From Candidatus Cloacimonadales bacterium (GTDB lineage: Bacteria; Cloacimonadota; Cloacimonadia; Cloacimonadales; JAIOQZ01), in assembly GCA_963674825.1 (NCBI GenBank), contig OY771587.1:3072001-3136000 (forward strand): DNA of 64,000 nucleotides. Direction: 5' to 3'. Position numbers and translations under genes: made by a program. The notes beneath the pieces were generated by a model. That model was given only the letters and a program-made list of their open reading frames with translations. It did no database searches and was not told the origin of the DNA. This document shows positions 51,677-62,456 of this stretch, one piece after another. How positions within the stretch are numbered: position 1 is the stretch's first letter; each line of letters opens with the position of its first letter.

Positions 51677-51913
51677 GAATCACTCCTCCCGGATACAATT
51701 TCTCATCCATACAATATACAAGTTCCGTTCCAAAAGTTGCGTTTCCTTGCTAAGAAATACGTGGTTAAGAATTGGTTTATTTTTCTTGACATTGAATTAA
51801 CGAATGCCATGATTTAGCTGTCGAGGGGAGGGACTCGAACGGGTTTTAATTTTCATTCAGTTCTTGTTTCTGTAACGAATTCATCATGAGAGTTGGAAAG
51901 GTAGGGTATTTTT

Positions 51914-54900
51914 ATGCGGTGTGTACTATTTCCCATTCTTTTGCTGTCCATTGTAGTCAGCTTGTTCTCACAGAGCCTTGTTATCAATGAAGTCATGTCA
52001 TCGAATTCATCAACGATTGAAGATTTAGATGGTGAACATCCGGATTGGATCGAGCTGTATAATAACTCCGATGATGCAATCAATCTCGATGGCTATGGCA
52101 TCACGGATGATCCTGACGAACCGATCAAATGGGTTTTCCCGGATATCACGATTGCAGCACACGGCCATATGCTGCTTTTTGCTTCCGACAAAGATATTGC
52201 TGAGGTTGAATGGTATTGGGAAACCGTGGTCGATTGGGGTGATGTTTGGCACTACAGGGTATTCGAATGTGAGCCATCACCACTATGGACTTCTATAAAT
52301 TACTCTGAATCCGGATGGGTGGAAGGTGAGAGCGGATTCGGCTATGGTGATGATGACGATGCCACTATTCTTCCACAGGTATTGTCAGTACACTTGCGCA
52401 AGGTCTTTATTTTGGAAAACGTTGATCAGATTCAGAGTGCTATTCTGCATGTCGATTTCGACGACGGATTCGCTGCTTATCTGAACGGTACGCAAATCGC
52501 TCAGATTTATCTCGAATCGACAGCGTTCAATCAGACAGCAATGTACAGCACGGAAGCGCAGCTCTACCAAGGTGGATTGCCAACTGCGATCGAGGTTGAT
52601 CCCGCCTTGCTTCAAGAAGGCGAGAATGTGCTGGCAATTCAGGTGCACAATTCATCGACAATATCTGCCGATCTGACCATGATACCTTTTCTATCACTGA
52701 AACTGGCGGAACTACCGCAGAACCCGCATGGTGCGAACCCAGTCTTACCGCTCGACTTTTTCCATCTTCACACTAATTTCAAGATCAGCGCTGAAGGTGA
52801 GGCAATCGCACTAACGGCTCCTGACGGAACATTGCTCGACGAAGTCGAACTCGGTTGCCTGGCAACCGATATCTCTTTTGGACGACAACCGGATGGTGAC
52901 GATGCATGGTATTATTTCTCCGAGGCGACACCCAGAACTGTAAATGATACACAGGGCTTTCTTGGGGTAACCAATGATGTGGCATTTTCACAGCCTGGTG
53001 GTCTTTATAACGGATCGCAGCAAATCACGCTCTCAGCGGAATCAAACGCTACAATTCACTACACGCTGGATGGAAGTTGTCCGGCCGATACATGCGAAGT
53101 TTATTCCGGGCCGATCGATATATCAGAAACAACCGTCGTTCGTGCGAGGGCATACCAGGATGGATGCATTCCGGGCTCGGCAGTGACTCAAACCTTTCTG
53201 ATCGACGCGCAGCATGTTCTTCCCATCGTTTCTATTTCAACGCATCCGGATAACTTCTTTGACTGGGAAACAGGCATTTACGTGATGGGGCCGGACGCTG
53301 AACCGGTAGAACCTTATTATGGAGCAAATTTCTGGCATGACTGGGAGAAGCCGATCAACATCGAGTTTTATGAACCTGATGGTGTGCAGGCTTTCAACAT
53401 AACTGCTGGCGTTAAAATTTTTGGAAATTGGACGCGTGTATTGCCACAGAAATCTCTGGCAGTTTTTGCAAGGTCCTGTTACGGTTGCAGTGAATTGGAC
53501 TATCAGCTATTCGATTCAAAACCTATCGATACATTCGAGTCATTCTTGCTTCGGAACTCCGGCAATGACTGGGCAAACACTCTGATCCGCGATGCACTGA
53601 TGACTGGACTCGTGGCCGATCTCGACATAGAGGTGCAGGCCTACCGTCCATCCGTGATGTATCTAAACGGAGAATACTGGGGTATACATAACCTTCGCGA
53701 GAAGGTCAACGAACATTTTCTCGAGTCGAATTGTGGTGTGGATTGTGATCACGTGGATATTCTGGAGCAAAACGGATTGATCAATGAAGGCTCGAATGAA
53801 CATTATCTGGCTATGATGGATTACATTTCAACGCACGACTTAAGTGATCATGCTGCTTATGAATACGTAGGTACTCAGATGGAGATCTCCAACTTCATCA
53901 CGTATGAGGTTGCTGAAATCTTTTACGTTAATACTGACTGGCCTGCAGGTAACATTCGCTATTGGCGTCCTCAGGTAGATGATGGACGATGGCGCTGGAT
54001 TCTATATGACACTGATTTCGGTTTTGGACGATACAGCGACTCAGCTTATATGAACAACACGCTCGAGTATGCGACCGATCCGAACAGCTCCGAAACATCA
54101 AATCCACCATGGTCAACATTTCTGCTCAGAAGCCTGCTCGAAAACGAATCGTTTCAAAACGACTTCATCAATCGATTCTGTGACCTGATGAACTCAAATT
54201 TTGCTGTTGACCGCATGATTGAACACATCGAGTCGAAAACTAATACTATCGAGTCGGAGATCCCCAACCAACGAAATCGCTGGGGCGATTATTATCTTAA
54301 TTGGGATGAGAACATTGATCGTTTGATTGTCTTTGCAGAAAATCGAAGTATATATATGAAGCAACACCTGAAGGATTATTTCGATCTGGAAGACATGCAG
54401 CAGCTTTCTCTTGGCGTTACTCCTTGTAATGCGGGAAGCGTGACGATCAATACGATCGAGATCGAATCGTTTCCGTGGCAGGGCGAGTATTTTCCGGATG
54501 TTCCGATTACACTTACTGCTAATCCGTCTTCGGGATATGTTTTCTCGGGTTGGGGTGGCTTGGATGCTACAGAGCAGACGATCACCATTTCGTTGACCGA
54601 AGCGCTAACACTGACTGCGTTGTTTGAGCTCGCTGAGCCGCAGCCGGAATTGGTTTGCCTCAACGAGATCAACTACAATTCCAGCGATGATTTCAATCCC
54701 GAAGATTGGGTTGAGATCCACAATGCAGGACTATCAGCGATCAATATATCGGGCTGGAAGTTCAAGGACGAAGAGGACGATCATGTCTTCACATTCGTGG
54801 ATGATACCTTGCTTGGACCGGGTGAATATCTGGTGCTCTGTGCAGATTCCGACCAATTTCTGGAGTGCTTTCCAAATGTTGCCAATCTGGTTGGCAATAT

Positions 54901-55429
54901 GGATTTCGGCCTTAGTGGGGGAGGAGAACTTCTTCGCCTGTACGATGCAGGTGGCAACCTGATTGATTGCGTCGAATACGATGATGGCGGTGATTGGCCT
55001 TCTGAGCCCGATGGCGACGGTGCTACGCTCGAATTGATCGATCCCGACTACGAAAACAGCCTGGCTGCGAGTTGGGCCGCATCGAAAGATCATGGATCGC
55101 CAGGAGAGCAAAATAGTTGTGATGTAGCAGTAGGTGATGATGTTCCTCCAAGCCAATACATGATCAGCAATTACCCAAATCCTTTCAATCCATCCACTAC
55201 TTTCGTTTTTTCGCTTCCTGAATCCGGCATAGTGGAAATCACGCTCTTTAATCCTAAAGGACAAAAGGTAAAAACGCTTTTCAGGGAGAAGCTGAGCGCA
55301 GGAAATCATGAGATTGAATGGGATGGTTTGGATTCTTCTGGCAAGAATGTTGCTTCAGGTGTTTACCTGTACCGAATGCGGGTGAATGGAAGTCAGGTTG
55401 CGCTCCGTAAGTGCCTGTTGATGAAATGA
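51914..55429 (+). CDS. CotH-kinase-family secreted protein with lamin-tail domains and FlgD-Ig/T9SS-like C-terminus
   Basis: LTD motifs INEVMSSN/DWIELYN and LNEINYN; CotH motifs LRNSGND, YLNGEYWG, NTDWPAGN, WILYDTD; NYPNPFNP...KCLLMK. Confidence 0.9.
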   Translation: MRCVLFPILLLSIVVSLFSQSLVINEVMSSNSSTIEDLDGEHPDWIELYNNSDDAINLDGYGITDDPDEPIKWVFPDITIAAHGHMLLFASDKDIAEVEWYWETVVDWGDVWHYRVFECEPSPLWTSINYSESGWVEGESGFGYGDDDDATILPQVLSVHLRKVFILENVDQIQSAILHVDFDDGFAAYLNGTQIAQIYLESTAFNQTAMYSTEAQLYQGGLPTAIEVDPALLQEGENVLAIQVHNSSTISADLTMIPFLSLKLAELPQNPHGANPVLPLDFFHLHTNFKISAEGEAIALTAPDGTLLDEVELGCLATDISFGRQPDGDDAWYYFSEATPRTVNDTQGFLGVTNDVAFSQPGGLYNGSQQITLSAESNATIHYTLDGSCPADTCEVYSGPIDISETTVVRARAYQDGCIPGSAVTQTFLIDAQHVLPIVSISTHPDNFFDWETGIYVMGPDAEPVEPYYGANFWHDWEKPINIEFYEPDGVQAFNITAGVKIFGNWTRVLPQKSLAVFARSCYGCSELDYQLFDSKPIDTFESFLLRNSGNDWANTLIRDALMTGLVADLDIEVQAYRPSVMYLNGEYWGIHNLREKVNEHFLESNCGVDCDHVDILEQNGLINEGSNEHYLAMMDYISTHDLSDHAAYEYVGTQMEISNFITYEVAEIFYVNTDWPAGNIRYWRPQVDDGRWRWILYDTDFGFGRYSDSAYMNNTLEYATDPNSSETSNPPWSTFLLRSLLENESFQNDFINRFCDLMNSNFAVDRMIEHIESKTNTIESEIPNQRNRWGDYYLNWDENIDRLIVFAENRSIYMKQHLKDYFDLEDMQQLSLGVTPCNAGSVTINTIEIESFPWQGEYFPDVPITLTANPSSGYVFSGWGGLDATEQTITISLTEALTLTALFELAEPQPELVCLNEINYNSSDDFNPEDWVEIHNAGLSAINISGWKFKDEEDDHVFTFVDDTLLGPGEYLVLCADSDQFLECFPNVANLVGNMDFGLSGGGELLRLYDAGGNLIDCVEYDDGGDWPSEPDGDGATLELIDPDYENSLAASWAASKDHGSPGEQNSCDVAVGDDVPPSQYMISNYPNPFNPSTTFVFSLPESGIVEITLFNPKGQKVKTLFREKLSAGNHEIEWDGLDSSGKNVASGVYLYRMRVNGSQVALRKCLLMK

Positions 55430-55561
55430 GCTATACCGATATGGGCGCAAATAAATCCTAGCTAAAGGATAGCGTTAAAGTAAAATAAGTTTCTGGGTGT
55501 TGACAGATTTGTACAGTATATTTCTTTAGAATCTATTGAAGAAATTGTTAAAGGATGTGAT

Positions 55562-56959
55562 GTGGCGCTGACACCCGGTCAACTTGAAGGATTACTTGAG
55601 AACGTACAGGAAGCGGTTTGGGTTTTAAATCGTGACGGCTCGTTCGCGTACGTGAATAAGCCTGCGGCAGTGCTCTTTGGATTGCAGGAAAGCCAGTTCA
55701 ACAATTATCGCATCTTCGATTTCTTTGGTCCCGAAAATATCCATTTTGTGCAGCAGATATATAAGCGTGTACTCGAAGGTTATGAGCAGCAGTTCGAGAT
55801 TCCGCTCGTGGATGGAAGCGGAAACCGTAAATTGCTGCGTGTGCGAATTATACCGCACTACGCCAATCGTGTAATCGTGGGAAGCCTGCACTATGCGCTT
55901 GATATCACCCGTCAGAAAGAGACTGAAAGCGCACTGATTCTTACACGTGAACGTTATCAGCATCTGATCAACGACAAGAACGAGATTCACATCCGGCTTA
56001 CTTCGGAGGGAAAGATCGCCTTCATTAATCACGAAATGGTGAAGGAGCTCAACCTGCAACGTAAGGATCTCATCAACCGCGATTATCACGAGCTGATACC
56101 CAGGGAGAACCACGCCGATATCGAGCAGCATCTCGATTCTCTTACCCCGGATGACCCTAGCACCAGCTTCCAGATTCACATCCAGTTTCCTTTTGGAACA
56201 GGCGATTACATCTGGACGGTTCAGGCGATTTATTCCCATCAGAACGGAGAAGCGCAATTAATCGAATATCAGGTTACCGGCCGTAACGTCACCAATCGGC
56301 TCAACAATGTCAGCTCGGACGAAGCTCGACTCAAGAGCATCTCCGTGCAGACGATTCGCTCGCTGGCGAAGACCATCGAGGTGAAGGATCCCTATACTTT
56401 TGGGCACCAAATGCGTGTCGCACACCTTTCTGCTGTGATGGCGAGACTGATGGGCCTTGACAGCGACCAGATCGAGACCGTTTATTACGGCAGTATCGTT
56501 CATGACATCGGCAAGATATTCATTCCGTCTGATATTCTCAATCGCCCGGGGAAACTTTCGGACGTAGAGTTTACACTGATCAAGACGCACCCGCAAATAG
56601 GCTTCGATATCCTGAAAGAGATCGAACTGCCGTGGAATATTGCCGGCATGATCCTCGAACATCACGAGCATCTGGATGGCAGCGGCTATCCGCGCGGACT
56701 CAAGGCGGATAACATTATGCTGGAAAGCCGCATCCTGACGGTGGCGGACGTGGTCGAGAGCATCGCGTCACATCGTCCGTACCGCCCTGAGAAGGGAATC
56801 GAACGGTCGCTTACCGAAATCGAAGAATTCCGTGGGAGCCACTACGATCCGGACGTGGTCGATGTCTGTTTGAAGCTCTTCCGCGAAGACAGCTTTGAGT
56901 TCAGAAATCTGGATGAGGATCGCGTGCTCGATCCCGCCCTTACATCGCTGCTGGATTAG
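55562..56959 (+). CDS. PAS-PAS-HD-GYP cyclic-dinucleotide phosphodiesterase
   Basis: Motifs KDPYTFGHQMRVA, HDIGK, HHEHLDGSGYP, VAD, HRPYR. Confidence 0.93.
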   Translation: MALTPGQLEGLLENVQEAVWVLNRDGSFAYVNKPAAVLFGLQESQFNNYRIFDFFGPENIHFVQQIYKRVLEGYEQQFEIPLVDGSGNRKLLRVRIIPHYANRVIVGSLHYALDITRQKETESALILTRERYQHLINDKNEIHIRLTSEGKIAFINHEMVKELNLQRKDLINRDYHELIPRENHADIEQHLDSLTPDDPSTSFQIHIQFPFGTGDYIWTVQAIYSHQNGEAQLIEYQVTGRNVTNRLNNVSSDEARLKSISVQTIRSLAKTIEVKDPYTFGHQMRVAHLSAVMARLMGLDSDQIETVYYGSIVHDIGKIFIPSDILNRPGKLSDVEFTLIKTHPQIGFDILKEIELPWNIAGMILEHHEHLDGSGYPRGLKADNIMLESRILTVADVVESIASHRPYRPEKGIERSLTEIEEFRGSHYDPDVVDVCLKLFREDSFEFRNLDEDRVLDPALTSLLD

Positions 56960-57016
56960 CTCTACAAAAGAACTTTGCATCCATTTCATCCATCACATCA
57001 CGAACAATAAATTGTA

Positions 57017-57949
57017 ATGGACAATTTCCGCGCGCACTTGAATAATGCCATCGATCGTTTATTGAAGGGAGTCGCGTCCGTGTTCGGAAAAATAAAAACA
57101 CTGTTTCAACCTCAGCCTCGATTTCAGCCAGTTCCATTCAGCCGGATTTTCAGCGAGCTGAAGAGCCTTTGCGTGCTTTTTCCCGAGGATATCAATCAAT
57201 GTCTGCGCAACGTTGGACACATCTCCCTACTTGCTGAGAAGATCGAGCATCTTACTTGTTTCCTGCCCGATTTCTCCTATCCCTTCTTCGCGACGATCCC
57301 GTATGGATCGAACGTAGTTATTGCGCCGCTCAGCGCGTTCAAAGCTTCCGAGGCAAACTCGATCCTGATCGACCTGACCGAAGGGGCAATTGGGGGTAAT
57401 CCCGGCGAACAGACGGTACACATCAGCCTCCGAGGTGTGTCGAACATTGAATTTGTGCCTGAACCACGGGAGGCTTCCGAGGTCTTCTCGCAGTTTTCGC
57501 AATTGATAGGCGTTCAGGGCGAAGCGAAGATGCCGCAGCCCAATATCAGGCCCGATTGCTTTGACAAAGCCCGTCAGATGCTGCTGCAAAACAGGTTTCC
57601 GAATATTATCATCCACGCTGGTGGACGAAAATCCAAGCGTGAGATCGATGAAATCGTCGGTTTTATGAAGCGTTTTTACTCCGCAAACGTTTATTTATTG
57701 GATAATGCATCCAAAACCGGGCTGGACTTCACCAATCTGGAATGTCCTGTGTTGGAGGATTTATTGGTCATGTACTGCTTTGTTTCCGCGGCTGATATGC
57801 TGATAACGGACTCCACGCCGATCTGGGAATTTCACCGAAATTGGTTCGACAACTGCCTTCATTGGCGTGACTGGAAAGAGCGCAAAGGGAGACCGCAGGA
57901 CATGGAATCGTTCCTCAAAAGCCATTTTAAGATCAATCCGAGAGGTTAA
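57017..57949 (+). CDS. Hypothetical protein, possibly a degenerate GT9/heptosyltransferase-like fold
   Basis: 310-aa ORF that fills the gap. IIIHAGG and ADMLITDS segments are only weakly GT9-like. Confidence 0.6.
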   Translation: MDNFRAHLNNAIDRLLKGVASVFGKIKTLFQPQPRFQPVPFSRIFSELKSLCVLFPEDINQCLRNVGHISLLAEKIEHLTCFLPDFSYPFFATIPYGSNVVIAPLSAFKASEANSILIDLTEGAIGGNPGEQTVHISLRGVSNIEFVPEPREASEVFSQFSQLIGVQGEAKMPQPNIRPDCFDKARQMLLQNRFPNIIIHAGGRKSKREIDEIVGFMKRFYSANVYLLDNASKTGLDFTNLECPVLEDLLVMYCFVSAADMLITDSTPIWEFHRNWFDNCLHWRDWKERKGRPQDMESFLKSHFKINPRG

Positions 57950-57950
57950 T

Positions 57951-60842
57951 ATGCAAATGAAACGCGTGCTATCGATTTTGATACTCATGCTGCTGATGAC
58001 GACAATGCTTTTCGCCATCGAATCCGAGGACTTGCAATATATCGTCAAACTATATGCGAACGGAGAATACCGCATTGCGCGGCTCGAGATCGATAAGTTT
58101 TTGAAAAACTACCCCGACAGCCGCTTCATCCCTGATGTCACCTATCTAAAAGCGGATATTTTGCTCCGCAACGAGGAATACGCCGCCGCCCAGCAGCTCT
58201 TCCAAACGCTCTACGAAGCGAACAGCAAGCCGGCATTCCGTGCCGAAGTGATTCTTGGACTGGCGCAAAGCTGCTTCTTTCAAAAAGAATACAAGACAGC
58301 GAAAGACCTCTTCCAGCGCTTCAACAGCCAGTTCCCGAATCATGAGCTCAACTGGCGCGCGTACTATTTCCAGGGACGAATTGCCTATATCCAGGATGCC
58401 TATCGGGATTCATCGGAACTCTTCGAAAATGCACTTCGCTATAAGGACGATGCGCAAATCTATCCTGCGTTGATCCGGAGTCTACTCAAGACCGGCAAGG
58501 TGAAAGAAGCGGAAGAAAAGCTGATGATCATCCACAACATGCGTGGTGCGGATAGCTGGTGGGAGCAATCGGCGGTCTTCTATATGCAATACCTCGTGGA
58601 TGCCGGAAACTACTCGCGAGCAATCGAATATGGTAACAATCTCATCGCACCACAATCGCAGTACTATGCCGACTATGCGCAACTGATGGCGACAGCCTGC
58701 TTCGAGACGGGCGACTACGCCAGAGCGCTGGAATATCTGCAATCCATAAAAGATCCCGACGAGACTGCACAATATTATCTTGCGATGGCGATGTTCAACC
58801 TCGGAAACATTGCGGACGCCAAGCCTGTCTTCGTGTGGCTTTCAACCGATGCCAAGCAGAAAGACATCCGTGCGAACAGCCTTTTCTATCTGGCGAAGAT
58901 CGAAGGTGAAACCTCACTAGTCGCCTCGATTCGCATGCTGGAGTCGTTCATCAACGATTACCCCGACAACCGCTTTATCAGCGCAGCACGATATCAACTT
59001 GGCCTCAACTACTTCAAGCGAGATGAATACGAGCAGGCAAACCGCTTTCTGAAGCAATCCGTGACAAACGAGCTGGACAAGCTCTCCCGTGAAAAGGCGC
59101 GATTCATGGTTGCTGAAACCGATTTCCTGCTGAACCGTGCCGACGACGCTTTGACCGGTTTTTCGGATTATCTGAAATCCTATCCACAGGGAAAATTCCG
59201 CGATGAAGCGCTCTTCAAGTCGGGGCTGATCCGGTTCCAAAAACGCGAATTCCGTACAGCCAAAGCCGATTTCGAACGCCTCCTGGCCGATTACCCTGAA
59301 TCAGGTAAGGCTGGTATGGCAAATTTCTACCTTGGCGAAATCGCGCTCAATCTCGCGCAGGGCGATCAAGCGTTGTCATACTACAATGCTGCGTCTCAGA
59401 GTGACGCGGATCAAGCTCTTGTTTATGAACGCATTGCACGTATCTATTTCAAAGATAAACGCTACGATGAAGCGCTGGCTTCCCTGAACAAAATGCCGGA
59501 TGAAGCGGGATTTGCGTTCAGCAAATCACTGCTGGCCGGCGATATCCATTTCGCGAAGAAATCATACACCAACGCGCTGGAGCAATACAAGATTGCCAAC
59601 CAGGTTGCTGAAGGAGAGGCTGAGAAGGAACAGGCTCGCAGTCGTATGGCATGGACCTATTACCAGCTACGCGATTACGACAATGCAACCAGTCTTTACA
59701 ATGACCTCTCCGCATCAAGCGCAGACAGAAGCAAATTCCTGCTGCTGGCTGCAAAGGCGGCGTTCAGCGCTGACGATTTCCTTTCCGCTGCCGACTACTA
59801 CAAACAATATCTCCAGGGCGGAGCCACCGGAGATGAGAAATTTAAAGCCACGCTTGGGATCGCCGATTCCTACTACAACCTTGGCGATTACAAGCAGGCG
59901 ATACAATATTACAAGCAGTTGATCTATGCCAATGTGCCGCAGGCATGGTTCAAGAGCGCACTGGATGGCCTCAAATGGTGTGCTCGGCAATCGGATGAGA
60001 TCGATTTCGTCCGTGAGATCGATTCCATGCTTCAGCGCGAGGGCGGCGATTCCTTCAAAGGCAAGCTTCTGGAAGCGAAGGCAAACGCACTTACTGAGGA
60101 AGGGCGCTACGCTGAAGCGATTCAGACTTGTGAGACTATCATCAACCAATACTTCGGTTATATCGGTATCCCTGATGTCAGGTTGTTGCTGGCACGTTGC
60201 TACTCCGAGACAGGCCGTTATGCGGATGCGGAGAAGGTCTTCTCGACAATCAGCTCTTCAGGCGGGAAGTCGGAGAAACTGCTCTATGATTGGGCGCAGC
60301 TCAAGGAAAAGCAGAACGACAATATCGCCGCGATCATTAAATTGACTGAAGCGTCCCAGATATCGCACGATCCCAAAATCTGGCTTGATCTGCTTCGATT
60401 GCAAAAAACCGAAAATCACCCTGCGTTCATCCGCAGCTACGATGAATTCATGGGATTCAGCAAGGGACTTAACCGCGAGAAGGCCGAACTTATATGGGTT
60501 CAGTATCAGATTGGTAACGAAAGCACCGGCATGATCGAACCAGTAATCGAAAACCTGATCAAGAGCGAACACAAGGAGATCCGAGCCGCAGCGCAGTACT
60601 GGAAGGGCTATGTGCTCTACAATAAGGGTCAGTATGAAGAAGCAATCAGCGAACTTCTGCGGGTGCGTTTCCTGTACCCCGAAATCGAGGATGTGAAGAT
60701 CGAGGCTGAATATCTAGCCTGCTTTGCTTACATTGAGCTCCGAGAAGAAAACAAGGCTAAGGAGCGCTATGAGATGATCAAAGAGTACCTGACACCTGCT
60801 CAACGAGCTAAACTCGCACAAAAGCTGGGGGTGGCGGAATGA
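57951..60842 (+). CDS. Large exported TPR-repeat protein
   Basis: Start reassigned to ATG 57951 (GAGG RBS); signal peptide; many TPR/BamD-like repeats (FLKNYPDS, YLKSYPQG, LLADYPES). Confidence 0.88.
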   Translation: MQMKRVLSILILMLLMTTMLFAIESEDLQYIVKLYANGEYRIARLEIDKFLKNYPDSRFIPDVTYLKADILLRNEEYAAAQQLFQTLYEANSKPAFRAEVILGLAQSCFFQKEYKTAKDLFQRFNSQFPNHELNWRAYYFQGRIAYIQDAYRDSSELFENALRYKDDAQIYPALIRSLLKTGKVKEAEEKLMIIHNMRGADSWWEQSAVFYMQYLVDAGNYSRAIEYGNNLIAPQSQYYADYAQLMATACFETGDYARALEYLQSIKDPDETAQYYLAMAMFNLGNIADAKPVFVWLSTDAKQKDIRANSLFYLAKIEGETSLVASIRMLESFINDYPDNRFISAARYQLGLNYFKRDEYEQANRFLKQSVTNELDKLSREKARFMVAETDFLLNRADDALTGFSDYLKSYPQGKFRDEALFKSGLIRFQKREFRTAKADFERLLADYPESGKAGMANFYLGEIALNLAQGDQALSYYNAASQSDADQALVYERIARIYFKDKRYDEALASLNKMPDEAGFAFSKSLLAGDIHFAKKSYTNALEQYKIANQVAEGEAEKEQARSRMAWTYYQLRDYDNATSLYNDLSASSADRSKFLLLAAKAAFSADDFLSAADYYKQYLQGGATGDEKFKATLGIADSYYNLGDYKQAIQYYKQLIYANVPQAWFKSALDGLKWCARQSDEIDFVREIDSMLQREGGDSFKGKLLEAKANALTEEGRYAEAIQTCETIINQYFGYIGIPDVRLLLARCYSETGRYADAEKVFSTISSSGGKSEKLLYDWAQLKEKQNDNIAAIIKLTEASQISHDPKIWLDLLRLQKTENHPAFIRSYDEFMGFSKGLNREKAELIWVQYQIGNESTGMIEPVIENLIKSEHKEIRAAAQYWKGYVLYNKGQYEEAISELLRVRFLYPEIEDVKIEAEYLACFAYIELREENKAKERYEMIKEYLTPAQRAKLAQKLGVAE

Positions 60843-62308
60843 TGCGCAGAATGATCCTTCTTGCTACGCTCGTTCTTCTCTTTGCCGGACTTCTGGCGCA
60901 ACAAGATATCCAGTTGCCGCAGGTCGTCATTACCGGCGAGACAGAGATCTTCTCGGACAGCACCTCAAAAAACACTGATCTTTCCAAATACTGGAGCCTC
61001 GAAAATCCATCATTAATGCGCTACGACTGGTATCCCGAATCGAGCGCTAATGATCCTGAACATGCTGACGAATCATCCAATGGCGTGATCCAAGGTAAGC
61101 TCGGCAATATGGATTACGGTAGCTTGCGCGTCGATTTTAGCCATCCCACCAACCATGTGCTGAACTTCAGCGGCGCGTTTCGAACTGTTAACTACGATGC
61201 CGGATGGGAACAGGCGACGAGTAATTTCCACTGGCAGCCGTCGTTCATGAACCACCACGCGGATGCCTATGTCGATTGGAGTAGTTACGACAGCCGCTTG
61301 CAGAATTACACTACCCAGAATACCGGCTTCGGCTTCTCGCCCTCTTCCAGCGAAATCAAGCAGGTTGGTCCGGTGCGGCTATCCAATCCTGATTTTTACA
61401 TAGAATACTACCTTCACAAGCAGGATTCCGAAGATAGTACTCTTCCCGAACGCGAGGTGAGTGACGTCAATGTGCGTTATCAGCGAGATATCGCCTACAT
61501 GGGTATAGACAGTCATCTCGATGTAGCCTACCTGAAAAATATGTTCACCGGAAGCATACGATTTCTGAAAAAGGATTTCCTGAGCTTTGATCAACTGGGC
61601 CTTTGGGTTGGTGGCGACGGTATGCACGTTTATCCATCGGTGTGGTTTCTCTGGCAACGGCAGTTGCTGTATCAGACCAATCTGAAAATCATGAACACAC
61701 CCTACACGGGCAACCTCACGCGAATACATCAGCTTGAGCAGAATCCCTATCAGAACATCGATATGCATCGTGAGCAGCCCAAAGCGCCGTTGAATCTGAC
61801 CACCGCCTTCGAGTTCGACACCATCTTTCCGATCACGATCTACGACCGTTTCACCTGGATCAAGGATTATCCCGTTTATGCCCACGCCGATAGCACGCTC
61901 TACGAACAGTTCCTCGATGATGTCATCTGGAACCGGATCGGCTTCGATGCCAGCTACACCTACCAGCGTTTCGACTTCGTGAACGAATTCAGCTATCACA
62001 TCGTGCAGAACGAAGACGGCGATCGCATCCCCTTCATGCCGGCAATTGACAACCTCTTCTCACTCACCTATCGTCAGGATGACTGGGATCTTACCTTACA
62101 AGCTCGTTACCTGAATGATCGCGAGAATGACGACGAAACCGCGATGGAGAATGTCCTGCTGACCAATATCCTGGGCAGTTGGCGTTTCCATAAGGATTTC
62201 GAGTTGAACGGCGGGATGTATAATCTTTTAGATGAAGACTATCGGCAATATCGAGAGTTACCAGCGCAGGGAACACGTTTCGAGGCAGGTGTGTGCTGGT
62301 ATTTCTAG
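60839..62308 (+). CDS. Outer-membrane beta-barrel protein, TonB-dependent-receptor-like
   Basis: Signal peptide; LPQVVITG; C-terminal NLLDEDY...QGTRFEAGVCWYF ending in Phe; coupled to the TPR gene. Confidence 0.78.
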   Translation: MMRRMILLATLVLLFAGLLAQQDIQLPQVVITGETEIFSDSTSKNTDLSKYWSLENPSLMRYDWYPESSANDPEHADESSNGVIQGKLGNMDYGSLRVDFSHPTNHVLNFSGAFRTVNYDAGWEQATSNFHWQPSFMNHHADAYVDWSSYDSRLQNYTTQNTGFGFSPSSSEIKQVGPVRLSNPDFYIEYYLHKQDSEDSTLPEREVSDVNVRYQRDIAYMGIDSHLDVAYLKNMFTGSIRFLKKDFLSFDQLGLWVGGDGMHVYPSVWFLWQRQLLYQTNLKIMNTPYTGNLTRIHQLEQNPYQNIDMHREQPKAPLNLTTAFEFDTIFPITIYDRFTWIKDYPVYAHADSTLYEQFLDDVIWNRIGFDASYTYQRFDFVNEFSYHIVQNEDGDRIPFMPAIDNLFSLTYRQDDWDLTLQARYLNDRENDDETAMENVLLTNILGSWRFHKDFELNGGMYNLLDEDYRQYRELPAQGTRFEAGVCWYF

Positions 62309-62380
62309 GCGCGTGAATTTTCTTGACACAAACTTAAGCGTTTTGAAGCTGATGTGGTTGATCGACCAATCAACCATCGG

Positions 62381-62456
62381 GCGGATGTAACTCAGTTGGT
62401 AGAGTACTAGCTTCCCAAGCTGGCTGTCGCGGGTTCGAGCCCCGTCATCCGCTCCA
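62381..62456 (+). tRNA. tRNA-Gly(CCC)
   Basis: GCGGATG/CATCCGC acceptor stem; U73-CCA; anticodon loop TTCCCAA. Confidence 0.96.

Noticed and set aside
51818..51842. Minus-strand GTTCGAGTCCCTCCCC resembling a tRNA T-arm or att site
   Set aside because: There is no cloverleaf and no match to tRNAs in this window; it is explained by a 5-bp hairpin in a promoter region.
62355..62376. 8-bp hairpin TGGTTGAT/ATCAACCA just 5' of tRNA-Gly
   Set aside because: It is a single short stem in a tRNA leader with no second copy, too little to assign a function.
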